The translations under genes and the position numbers were made by a program. Shown here piece after piece: positions 26,737 through 38,288 of a DNA stretch of 64,000 bases (its first letter is position 1; the number at the start of each line of letters is the position of its first letter). Below the pieces are notes generated by a model, which worked only from the letters and a program-made list of their open reading frames with translations, did not search any database and had not been told where the DNA came from. This DNA comes from Takakia lepidozioides (taxonomy: Eukaryota > Plantae > Bryophyta), in assembly GCA_030704615.1 (NCBI GenBank), contig CM060732.1, forward strand, positions 67,518,001-67,582,000. Direction: 5' to 3'.

Positions 26737-29700
26737 TTAATGAGTGTCATGGATGGAAGGCAGTTGAGCAGCTTCGATATCCTTCAGTGACTTAACCACC
26801 TGTAGCATTGTAGGTCGCCTGACAGGATCCTCTGCTGTACACATGTTAGCAATGTGCAGCACTTTGAGCATCTTGATCTTCCATGGACCATTCGAAATCA
26901 CAGGGTCAAGTGCCTCAGGGGACTCCCCCTTCTTTATCATCTGGCGCACCCAACCGACCAGATTGCCTCCCTCAATGTCCTTGAAGTCCACCCCCGTTGG
27001 CTCCTTCCCAGTGAGTAGCTCTAACAATATCACACCGTAGCTGTAGACATCTCCGCGAGTGGTTGATCGCCAGCTCTGCCCATATTCAGGGGGAATGTAT
27101 CCAAAGGTGCCAGCAATGTCGGTACTCACATGAGTCTCATAGGCGCTGATGAGGCGTGCCAGGCCAAAGTCAGCCACACGAGGCTCGAAGTCAGCATCCA
27201 ACAGAATGTTGCTGGCTTTCATATCCCGGTGGATAATATGAGGGATGAAACCATGGTGAAGGAAGGTTAGGCCCCTTGCCGACCCCATGATAATTTTGAT
27301 ACGTTTGCTCCAGTCCAAAACCTCGACAGCATCAGCGCGGTTACGAAGCCACAGATCGAGACTGCCATTCACCATGTACTCATACACCAGCAGCTTCTCC
27401 TCCCCAAATGAACAGTAACCCAACAAGGGCACTAGATTCCGGTGCTTTACTTTCCCCAAGGTCTCCATCTCTGCAAGAAACTCTCGGTTGCCTTGTGTGC
27501 GAGCTGCACCCAGCTTTTTGATGGCAACGGTCCTTCCATCAGGGAGAACTGCTTTGTAAACTGTACCAAAACCACCATCCCCAATGATGTTGGTCTTACA
27601 AAAGTTGTTGGTGGCTTGCAATATGTCAGCTAGTGTGAGCCTCAGGAGCGGACGCTCAAACATAGCCACATTGATACTCAAAGGCTCCTTCATTTTGTCC
27701 AGGGACAAACACACCCCAGCATCCAGCCCCATGTTCAGCTTAGCTTTCTCCAAATCCTTGGGTGTCGCCTCTTGCTTTAGCATCCGCCACCTCAGTACCA
27801 CAAACAGCACACTGAGGAATGCAATAGTACTGCCAATTGTGATACCCAATATTGCTCCAGTGCTCATCAGGTTGGGTGGTGCTCCACTATCGTCATAAGC
27901 GGCACAGTTTGAATTCAGAACCCTCCCACAGAGTTTTGGATTCGCAAGGAATGATGCAGCAGTAAATGTCTGGCATATCCCTGTGGATGGTATGGGCCCC
28001 TCCATTGCATTGTTGGACAGATTCAGAAATGAAAGGTCCATTAGGTCGCACAAGACAACAGGGAACCTTCCGCTCAGACGGTTTTCTGAGAGATCCAGAT
28101 AAATCAACTGTGCAAGGCCTGCCAGATTGTTGGGAACAGCACCTGAGAACTGGTTATTACTCAGATCCAAATAAGACAGCCCCGTAAGGTTGCCAATGGT
28201 GTTGGGAATGGCACCAAAGAATGCGTTGTGGCTCAAATTGAGCGTTTGTATTTGATGCCAGACAGTGCTTTCTGACAGAAGGGAGGTGATGCTCCCAATG
28301 AGCTGATTCTGTTGCAGGTTCAGTCCGACTACTGACACCAGGTTCTCCAAGGAGGAGGGGATCTCACCACTGAGTTGGTTGTTGCTCACATCCAAGTGAG
28401 ACAAGCCTGTCAGATTTCCAAGTCCATCAGGAATAGGCCCTGACAACAAGTTGCCAGTCAAGTTGAGCTTCACCAGGCTGGCAATATTGCCCAATTCGGG
28501 GGGAATGGGCCCTGTGAAGCTGTTGTAGGCCAAGTTTAGCCCCTGCATCTTGCGGGACTCCCCAAGCTGAGGGGGAATGGACCCACTCAAACCATTGCAA
28601 GAGAGATCAAGCGTCGTTAAGTTTGTGAGCCTTGTGATCTCAGTGGGAACAGTACCGGTAAGCTGATTGCCTGCAAGCAGCAACTCGACAAGCACTGAAC
28701 ACTCACCCATTTCAGGTGGAATGCTGCCATTCAGATAATTCCACGAAAGGTCCAATGTTCCATGGTGCTGCACGAAACTTGACTCTGGTATTGCTATCAC
28801 CTGGAAATCAGCACAAATTTCACTTGGGATCTGCCCTGTGAGGTTGTTGTGTGAAAGGACCAGGTACTCAAGATTGATAAGCTCCCCTATCTGAGGAGGA
28901 ATTGGACCAGTGAGCAGATTGTTCCCCAAGTTGAGAGTTGTGAGGCGGACACAGTTGCACAGCTCCACAGGGATCTCCCCACTCAAGTGGTTTCCCTCAA
29001 TAGACAACACAGTCAGATTTGACAGCTTGCCAATTTCTGGGGGGATGGGCCCATCAAAGTTGTTGTAGCCAATAACCAGAAATTCCAGAGTTGAGAGATT
29101 TCCTACCATCGGAGACAGGTGCCCGCTGAGACTGTTGGAAGACATTTGGATTTCCAGCAATGTCTTTGAGCTCCATAGCAAGTCTGGCACGCTCCCAGAG
29201 AAATTGTTATCACCGAGAGAAATAATCAGCAGCAGTGGAAGGTCAGCCAAATATGAAGGAATTGGACCTGATAACTGATTTGAGGTCAGGTCGATCTCTG
29301 ACAGGCTACTACACCTGCGGAAGGTATCAGTTATGTTGCCAGTAAGATTATTCTGGTTGAATGCTACTGTATCCAAGTTGATTGCATTGCAGAGTTCTGG
29401 TGGGATTGGTCCTGCCACCCGATTATTGTCCAGGGCAAGATCTTTCAATTTGGGGCAGTTTCCAAGCTCAGGAGGAATGCTGCCACTGAACTCATTGGTA
29501 GAGAGAAGAAGGCTGGACAAGTTTTGCCAGTTCCCAAACCATGATGGTATTTGACCAGAGAGCAGATTTCCTTCCACCGAGAAAGAGATGATGTTCTGAA
29601 GAGGAGCCAGCTCAGCAGGAATAGGGCCACTCAGTGAATTGAAAGCAAGGTCAAGTACCTGCAATGACACAGTAAATTAATCAGATTTATTGCTATTACG

Positions 29701-31342
29701 TAGTAGATGCAAATCACCGATGGCCTACTGCTAATAAGACAAACAGACAAGTACCCATCCTTCAATAGGTAAGGGTGGCAGCAGAGTAAAGTCATCCCAA
29801 ACTATATCAAGTAATTTGAATCTCACTCCAAAGCACCACCCTTTGGCGTTGATGGGATGGATCTGACTTAAATGCCTAGGGTCACATGCTTCACCAGTAT
29901 ACACTGGAAAAGTTACACAAAACTCCAAGATTTACAAAACACTCCACGGAGACCAGTAGGATATGTGGCCACCGGCATTCACCGGTAGATTAACTTTCCC
30001 CACAGTGAAGCATAAACATCAATGAATTCGCAGAACTCATACCTCAGCCAGATAACAGCCAGATAACACGACTCCTTTTCAAGGGAGTCTTACAAGAAAA
30101 TAAAGCTTTCAGCTCAAAGGAAGAAAATATTGATTAGTTAAAGAGAATCAGAGAACAAAAATCATATCGGACCTGCAGGCTGGAGCAGTTGCCGAGAGAA
30201 GCAGGGATGGAGCCATTAAGTTGAGTGCTTGGGAGATTCAGAGTAACCAAGCTCTGCAAGTTCCCAATTGAGTCAGGAATAGTGCCTGAAAAGAAGTTGC
30301 CCCCAAGGTCAAGCTTTTGCAATTTGGTCAACAGGGATATCTCTGGAGGTATGGGACCTGTCAGATGGCTCTCCCCAAGGTATATGCTCTGCAAGTTAAC
30401 GAGGTTGCCAATCTCCTTTGGAAGACTCCCCGACAAAATATTGGTCCCAAGATAAAGCTCAAGCAGAGATGTCATACCCCAGATTTGTGATGGTATAGTG
30501 CAAGAGAGACTGTTGTTGCTGAGGTCCAGGTACACCAGCTTGGAAAGCGAGGCCAGCAGGGGAGAGATGGAGCCTGAGAAGAAATTTCCGCTTACATCAA
30601 GGTGCTGAAGATCCGACATTGCCTCAACCCCAGGAATGTCACCAGAGAGGGAGTTGCTGCTGAGATCCAGGAAAATCATGTTCACCAGATCCTCCAGCTG
30701 TGGGGGGACAGCACCAGAGAAAGAATTGCAACTGAGGTCAAGCCGCTGCAACTTGACAAGCTTTCCTACCTGTGGGGGAATGGACCCAGAGAAAGAGTTG
30801 CTACCTAAGACCAACGTCTGCAGGGTCACAAGATCTCCAAGCTGTGACGGAAGTGTACCACCGATTGCGTTGTAGCTCAAATCAAGGTATTGCAGACTGG
30901 AAAGGCTAAAGAGTGACAATGGTATGGAACCAGAGAAGAATTGATTTGAGTTGAGATCCAGATACTGTAAGTTGCTAAGGTTTCCAATCGCTGGGGGGAT
31001 GCTGCCAGAAAGCATGTTCAGGCTCAGATCCAAATGTTGCAAATTGGTCATGGTGAAAAGATCTGAAGAAATGGTGCCAGAGAACCCCACACTGGCCAGA
31101 GAGAGCGCAGTCACTTGGTTGAGAGTATTGCATGTCACCCCTGTCCATTTGCATGGCGTTGCAACGGTCCCCAGCCAATCAGGCATCGGATCCGGGCTTG
31201 TCCACGTCAAACCTTTCTTGAAGGCTAACAGAGCTGCCAGGTCCGAGCTGATGCCTTGCACACACCAAGGCTTTTCACCCAGACAAAGCACCAGCAGCGC
31301 TAGCAGCACCAAGACGCCGGGGACATTCATGGTTGTCTTCAT
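26737..31342 (-). CDS. EMS1: LRR receptor-like kinase, EMS1 type (LRR-X / BRI1-EMS1 family), ~1363 aa, two exons (31342-30173, 29658-26737)
   Basis: Signal peptide, LRR cap (LLAFKK...PCKWTGVTC), many LRRs, island motif SFVQHHGTLDLSWN, TM helix, KEPLSINVAMFERPLLRLTLADIL juxtamembrane, and a complete kinase (GDGGFGTVY, AIKK, HRDMKASN, DFG, GTFGYIPPEY). Phase-0 GT-AG intron at 29659-30172. Confidence 0.95.
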
Positions 31343-33759
31343 GGCAATAATGGCAAGAGCTTGTGCCTACACGCCTCTTCAAACTCTCAAATGAGAGAGG
31401 TGCGCTTCAGGGACCCACATCAAAATCGCTAGCTGCTTCTAGCTCCCTCAGTTTCCTAGACATCGTCGCTGATGCACAGGAGAGCCAAAAACACTTGGTT
31501 AGCAACTCACGAGATGGGGTCCGTTCTTCTCTCATAACCATTCCCACAAAATGTCTGTATCATGTGTTTCATCATTTGAAGGAAAGCGTGGCAGGACATT
31601 CAAAGTAATGTCGCAGGGAGCAATCCCATGCACGGTCTGGGCCTTCCAATTTTCTATCGGATGACAGGATTCCCACATTTCCAGAAGTCGGAATGTTGCA
31701 AATGGAGAAATTAGTCCTAGTCTCCGCCTGCACCCAGCAGTGCTTTCACTGCTGTTGACAGGAGGAGAAATATGAGTCGTACAGGCTCGACGCCATCAAA
31801 GAAATGAGACCACCAGGTTTCTGTGCGGCAACCCGAGACTGCAGTCACCCTCACCAAACGACTGCACACAGCACATGCATAAGTAGACCCGACCGAAGAT
31901 GTAATATTGTACACTACGCTTGCGCCCAGTCCTATAACCCAGTGACCAATCTGCGCTTTAGTTTAGGCCATCAAGCCACTGCATGAGGATGCGCCAGCAT
32001 CGATGTAGCGCTCTCCCGCTACAACGAAGCTTGGGAGATTATCCTTCTTAAACCCTACAGTCCAATTGAGCCAAGCAATCTTCAGCTGTAATTCCTTTGA
32101 ATGCTGGGCCACCCAAAGAAGTCGGGGGGAGGAGGCTCGTCTACATAGGAAGGAAGCATTATACCAGTTTCTACTCCCTCAAAGCAAGAAAGTAAAGCAT
32201 ACTGCAACCAGCCACTAATCCTCAAACTGACTCACCGTTGAATGAGGCGGAGAGGTTAAAGACAGAATACCTTTGAGTATACTTCTTGCACTGCAATGTC
32301 CCTCCAGTGGACTCTCCTGGCTGTGGAGTACGAACTTCCTCCCAGAACGCAACTATCTTGACGACCGAGCAAGAAACTTGAAATCCCAAGTTAAAATTGT
32401 ATATAACGATGCATGGCAGTAAGTCACAGCGTACTAAACAGAGACAAGGCAAGGCTGCAATGGAGACTGCTGAGCTTGCATCCTGTCGCGTCTTCACTTT
32501 CTCGCAACAATGTAATATACCTTTCGACAACTAGCTCCAATCCCCTCTTCTAAGCTATTATAATTTGAGGACGCCCCGGGGCACCTGAGACTCTTCCTCG
32601 ATTAAAACACCAGCATTCATAAGATGCAGACCAGCCTTGGACTTCACCCAACACCGAGATGGCGTCTCCCTGGGAGGACAGCAAGTCTTTCGCAGGCTTT
32701 AGAAAAAAGCACGCTTGTAATGTTGCACGCTGCACACTCCCAGAAACTACAACATGGTGCCTTCACATCTGTTGATCCGCAAAGTTCTTGACTAGCAACG
32801 TTGAAATATATCCTCCCAGAAAAAAACCCGGCAGGTTGCAGAGCAATACAGTGAAAGATGAGCTCGGAAAATTTACAGTACAGACCCTGAGAGGGTAGGA
32901 TGGAACGGGGAGGCGGATGGACTACACACCCACCTGTAGACTAAGGAAACCCAAATTCACTCGAGAGTCCTAGGTAATGTAATGTACAGGGTTGCGAACT
33001 ATCACCGAAGCGAGTACGTTACAATGAAGAGATCGAGAGCACGCCGTTCATTCTACACGAGAGGAAGACGGATGGAGAGAGAAATACGCGAGAGCGAGGA
33101 GATGCACAGGCTCCGCCTGGCAAGCCCACGCTTGCCCCCCCCTAGGCCCCACCATTGCCGTCACTCCCTCGGGGCCCGTGACAATGTCAGAGGCCGCACA
33201 GCCTGACAGTCATCTGATGAGCCCCTTCTCTCCCTATAAAACTCTCGAAAGAGGACATGCAACTACTTACAGCCAACTATCGCAAGGAGTGACCGTCGGC
33301 AGACCTACGAGAATGCAGCACCAAGATAAATTCAGGAACTGCAGCAGCTGTTACACCTTTTCAACCCCCCCACAAATTCTAACAAGAAATCAACCGGAAT
33401 CTTCCAACGTTCCCAAATCACCCAGCAGGGTGAAACCGTATGACAACATGTACACTGGCGGGTATGAGCATACGACTCGAAGCCAAGAGCCTGCTGCTGC
33501 CTTCAGCATCAGGATTTACCTACCAAAACTACTACCTCTCAAACTTTTTCAATCCTGGTCGATCCCAGTGATCTTGCGAACAAACCTCCCCGAGACAGAC
33601 ACTCTCCCGTCTGCTCCAGACAAGTCATAACTGCAATCTAAAGACCTGCGTATGTATAAGACAGTGCGGAGCAGAATTATAACAGCACCACAAATCCCCC
33701 GAGCACCATTACCCTCCTCAGTCTCACCAATTCACGGATCAGATAGACCCCCGGCCATA

Positions 33760-34375
33760 AAGAACGCGCACAACGAGGGAGACGGACGACGGCTATCACC
33801 GGTCGTCCGACCGGCGGCATCCGGTCAGGCTCCGACCCCCTAGCGGTGCCCTAGGAGCCGGGCAAGCCTAGTTGACCTACGGCCGATCCCCGTAGGTCCC
33901 ACGAATTATCCATCGGACCGAAATTCCGTCGGCGCCGCGGATAAACCAATGCGAGAACGGAGGACGGATGGATGCGCATTCATCCGGAAGGATGCCGGCT
34001 ACGTAGACTCTGTTGGAGGGGCGCTACGTACCTTCCAGACAGTGTAAGTACGTACGTACATATGCACACGTCGTATACGAGTGTCAGGAAAGGTCGCGCA
34101 TTTTTTGCGCAGCTGGACAGCTCCATACTGTACGAATACGTATACGATCGTATCTAAAGTACATACTGGTACGACATATCTGGAAAAAGTGTGCCGGTCA
34201 CCGGTCGACCAGACGCACAGTTTGGCGAGGTACGGTGACCGGTACAAGCGGTGGGCGCTGTTCGAGAACGAATGTTGAAAGCGGGCCCCGGGTGGCAGTC
34301 AATGCTCCTCCCCGTCTCTGTCTCTCTCTGTCTGTCTCTCTCGTTCTCGCTCGTCTCTCTCTCTGTCTGTCGTGT
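33760..34375. promoter_or_regulatory. CpG-rich putative promoter region with a CT-rich tract, upstream of EMS1
   Basis: Visibly high CG dinucleotide density, many short palindromes (ACGT, GTAC, ACCGGT) and a (CT/GT)n tract at ~34315-34370, ~2.5-3 kb upstream of the EMS1 start. Function is inferred only. Confidence 0.4.
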
Positions 34376-36533
34376 TGTGGGGCACGCTTGCATTGCAGGC
34401 GTGATCAAGCTTTGGTGGCGCTTTTTGTGTGGCCATTTTGGAGCTTTTGCAACTTTTGGAGGGTTGCAATGAGCTTGCCTTCAATGGCTAGTAGCTACTA
34501 GCAACATCCACCCGGACCTCAATGGCTTTCAATGTCGGAGGGAACATTGAGCATTCAACAAATGCTGGGTGCCCGTGTGATTGTTTTATTATTTGGTATC
34601 CCTGTGACGAAGATGTAATAAGTACTAATAAGCCTGCTTCCTCAGATGATCAATTGATGACAGTCAAACCAGGCCCCAGGGCCCATACATATATATGTTT
34701 GTCGAGTTTTTCTTTGTCGAGATGGGGGTAGAGAATGTTTGGCGAACAAAAACATGCTCCCAACTTTAAGTAGGAGGCCCACAGAGTAGGCTCTACCTCA
34801 GTGCCAAGTGTTGGTTCGTATTCCTCGGAATTACAAAGGGACCAGAAACGGGAATCATGACGCAATAAAATGGCGCAGACAATGCCTGTGAAGTCGTCCC
34901 TTCCCAACTGAATTCTGTTATAATAAATGTAGCCTCGAATTCACGGGGGGCCTCGTGCTGATCTCAATTTGCTCTCGCAATCCTCCATTTTATTTGTCAA
35001 TGGAACATCAACTCATCAGCAATGGAGCTACATACTACACAGACAGTAATAAGTTATATCACTGCAACCCAACCAGTCCGTAGACGTCGGTCGACACATG
35101 CAGCGAGACGGTCCAGGCCGGACGGGTGACAGCCGTCCGAGGGCTGGCGATGGAGACACCTTTGAAGCCGTCGAACTAAACCCCACCTACCTTGGCCCTG
35201 CTTTTCATTGCCGCTATGCTTCTGCAATGCAGCAAAACTTTTAGAGAAGCCCTCTTTCGTGCTCAGTTGAATAATCCCCAGAGTGTTTGGCGAGGGTTGT
35301 CTGGCTGACTTGAAAGATACGGGCGCAGAGGGATCTGGCAAGGAGAGCCATCCCATGTGCGAGTGGGACCCTCTGCCCTTTATGACCCCCTCGGAGGGTT
35401 GGTGGGCCTTGTGTTTTCAATGCATTTCTGTTTGTTTTCTGGAGTTGGGAGTTTCCCGAATTAGTTAGAAGTTGTTAACCGGTCCAGTGCTCAACTGGAA
35501 GCATAGATTAGGTCAACAGGTAAAGAGGGGGGGGGGGTGGTGGTCAGAGGCTACAGCGACAGTGCATCGAGAACTGCGAGAGTGCAGTAATGAAATACTT
35601 TTGTCTGAGCGCAGATCTGGAGCGATCTTTCTCAAAGCTCGTATTTTGGGTTGCACGGTCTTCCTTGCGCTTGCGTCTATTTTGGGTCGTAACGGTTCCA
35701 TCCCAGGACTTGGGTGGCGATGGATTGGCGGTGAGATGCTACGGATTACAATGCGGGTTAATGCGGATTAGAGGTACCAGCGAGAAATTGACTGTTGTTG
35801 CAATCTCGGAACACGAGTGTGGGGCCTCGTGTAATCTTTGACTTGCTCTGTTCGTACCAAGCTTGTGTGCTTTTTGTACACGCTTTGTTTGCTTGCTTGC
35901 AGCCTTGCTCGTTTGTTGGTGGCTGCCCAGCCTGTGCCTTGTAGGTATCTTGTATTTGAACTTTCTGCTGCACTTGTATTCCCGCCTACTACACTAGCTT
36001 GCTGTCACTGCATTCATCACTCAACTCTTACTATGTAGTCTGTACTAGGCTTCAATCGTTATGTGGGTGTGATTGAAAACAGAAGAATCCCGAAAGAGGT
36101 CTATAGTCTATACACTACAGTAGTAGTAAGAGTTGTTGGGTGAGGAAAAGTGGGGCTTCATTTCTCCACTTAGTTAATAACTCTTGTACAGTCACCTCAT
36201 TTGTGTCTAGTAGCTTTACAGAGTTTACCCTTTGTTATAATTTACTTTAGCAGAGCATCAAAATTATTTTTTACTTTGTACTCTAAACTAAACTTCCAAC
36301 TAGTACATTGAGCTCTGGAAACACTAATTTGCTTGTCCCATGGCCCCCCCTGGATATCATCCATCCTTGTATATGAGTCACTTTACTGAATGACCCAATA
36401 TGTAAGTATCATTAGGACAGTATTTGAATTGTGAACCATGATAACCAGCAAGTACCTGGGTACCCAGTCCCTTTTGCCCCCCTCCCTTTGCCCACTTTTG
36501 GATGGCTTGACATGACACAGCTTTGGATTGAAG

Positions 36534-36665
36534 GAGAGCAGTGGGAGAGGGAGAAGGATGAGAGATAGGAATCAAGAGTAGAGAGGATGGATGTCTGGCA
36601 AGAGAGCAGTGGGAGAGGGAGAGGGAGAGAGACATGAGGAGAGAAAGGGTGGATGTCTGGCAAGG
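36534..36665 (+). repeat. purine-rich ~68 bp tandem duplication
   Basis: GAGAGCAGTGGGAGAGGGAGA...GGATGTCTGGCAAG occurs twice in tandem. Confidence 0.75.
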
Positions 36666-38266
36666 AAGGGACCCACCGGAGGCAGGGCATGGAGGTGGGC
36701 ACAACGTGCACCTGTGAGTGTGTGCCCATTTAATGTGTGGACAAATATAGGGCAGAGTGGAGTCTGTTTGTGGGAGACCACACCAGAAATTCTTCATCAA
36801 CCACACCACAGAAATTATTTAAGTTCGGTTCAACATTCAAGTCGCCCTCTTCTCTAATTCGACCACCAACACAGTGCATTCTTTCATTCATTTGTTTGAC
36901 TGATATGGGTCAAGCTTGTCAGCCTGCAAATCCCTTATATGTAGCTGCTGGTCAGAGCTTCACATGGGCTGTCTTTGCAGTGTCAAGCTCATGTGTCAAG
37001 TCATGTTGGAGTGTGAGGGAAGATCTGGTACACACTTGTGAGAGTTACTAAGTAGATACAAAGCGAGGCTGATTATTAGCAACTCCAAAGTTGTGTTGAC
37101 TAATTTATGTCAGGCTCACTAATTCCGTAATTAAGGGATGTTTACTGCCAAGTTACACATTCCCCATTGTGAGATTTACTGAGTCAGGTTAGTCTAAAAG
37201 ATTACTGAGGTTTGTCAGCCTAACCCAGGCTCTCTCTTTACTGTTTTGGTTCAAGGGAAATTAATGAACCCTCCTTATCACAGTTAGTTATACTAATTGG
37301 ATGCAATAATTAGTCAGCGAGTCCCACGGGTGGATGACATCCATACAAGTGGATGAATACTATTTTCATTCATCCAAGTAAATAGGCAGAATCTGACGAT
37401 AAAAATATTTCCACGTAAGTTGGATGAATGGTAGAAGGAAATGGGCCTTCTGGAATCTGGAAGGTGCAAGTGAATAATTGAATTTACAGGATGGTGTCAG
37501 AATTAATACACCCCATTGTCAACTTCTCTAAATATATATATTTTGTAATATATTAACTGATTATTTGTCCCTCTTCTCCTTTTTTTCTTAAGAAAAACCT
37601 GATGGTCTGACTCACTGTCTGGCCTGATGATACTATAGATTTGTACAGTCCGATGTTTTCCCCTCTTATTTTCTCCAGAATATTCGTCGGTGTTAAATAC
37701 AAACGGACCACTCCTACCGCTACCTGCTAATAAAATGGCAGCAGTGAAATTTACACTTGCTTCGGCAACGCGTCCGCATGTTTTTTTAGCAGTGAAGTTT
37801 TGCTTTGTTTCATGTGAAGAGTTATCGTCCCACATCCGGGTTTTCCTTACAATTGGATTCACATCATGAAAGAATGGAAGGAAATGAAGACTTGGCGGTG
37901 AGAGTCGTATATCGTTTCTTGGTGCCATTCTTGTTTTGAATTCGAAAAGGTCGGATCGAGAAATTGTTGAGAGTGATGAAGATAGCACTCATCACCTCCG
38001 GCGCAAACACACCCACATGATTGCCCTGCAACATACCTCGTTATACAAACATACAAGCCAACGGTCAACACATTCAAATAGCAACAGAGCTACACATGTG
38101 GCCAGATTATCCCTTGTTTATTACATGGGCTTCCAACAGACCCACTACAGTACATTGTTGGGCACCTATCCCATCCTTGGCAAATAGGAGTTCCAACTTC
38201 CGTCCATGCTATGAACATCCAAAACACAACCGGAAAAAACCCACGGAGTAAGTAAGCTAGACGGCC

Positions 38267-38288
38267 CCATATATATATATATATATAT
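38267..38288. repeat. (AT)n microsatellite
   Basis: About 11 AT dinucleotides, directly visible. Confidence 0.9.

Noticed and set aside
26843-31394. Plus-strand ORFs antisense to EMS1 (similar ones lie opposite the PPR and RRM genes)
   Set aside because: They are shadows of the codon structure of the real minus-strand genes.
35851-35870. Resemblance to miR536 (TTCGTACCAAGCTTGTGTGC)
   Set aside because: It needs a substitution, an insertion and a different 3' end, and only a short weak hairpin surrounds it.
37828-37840. GTCCCACATC resembling the snRNA upstream sequence element (also ~21575 and ~25843)
   Set aside because: No correctly spaced TATA box and no recognisable snRNA downstream.
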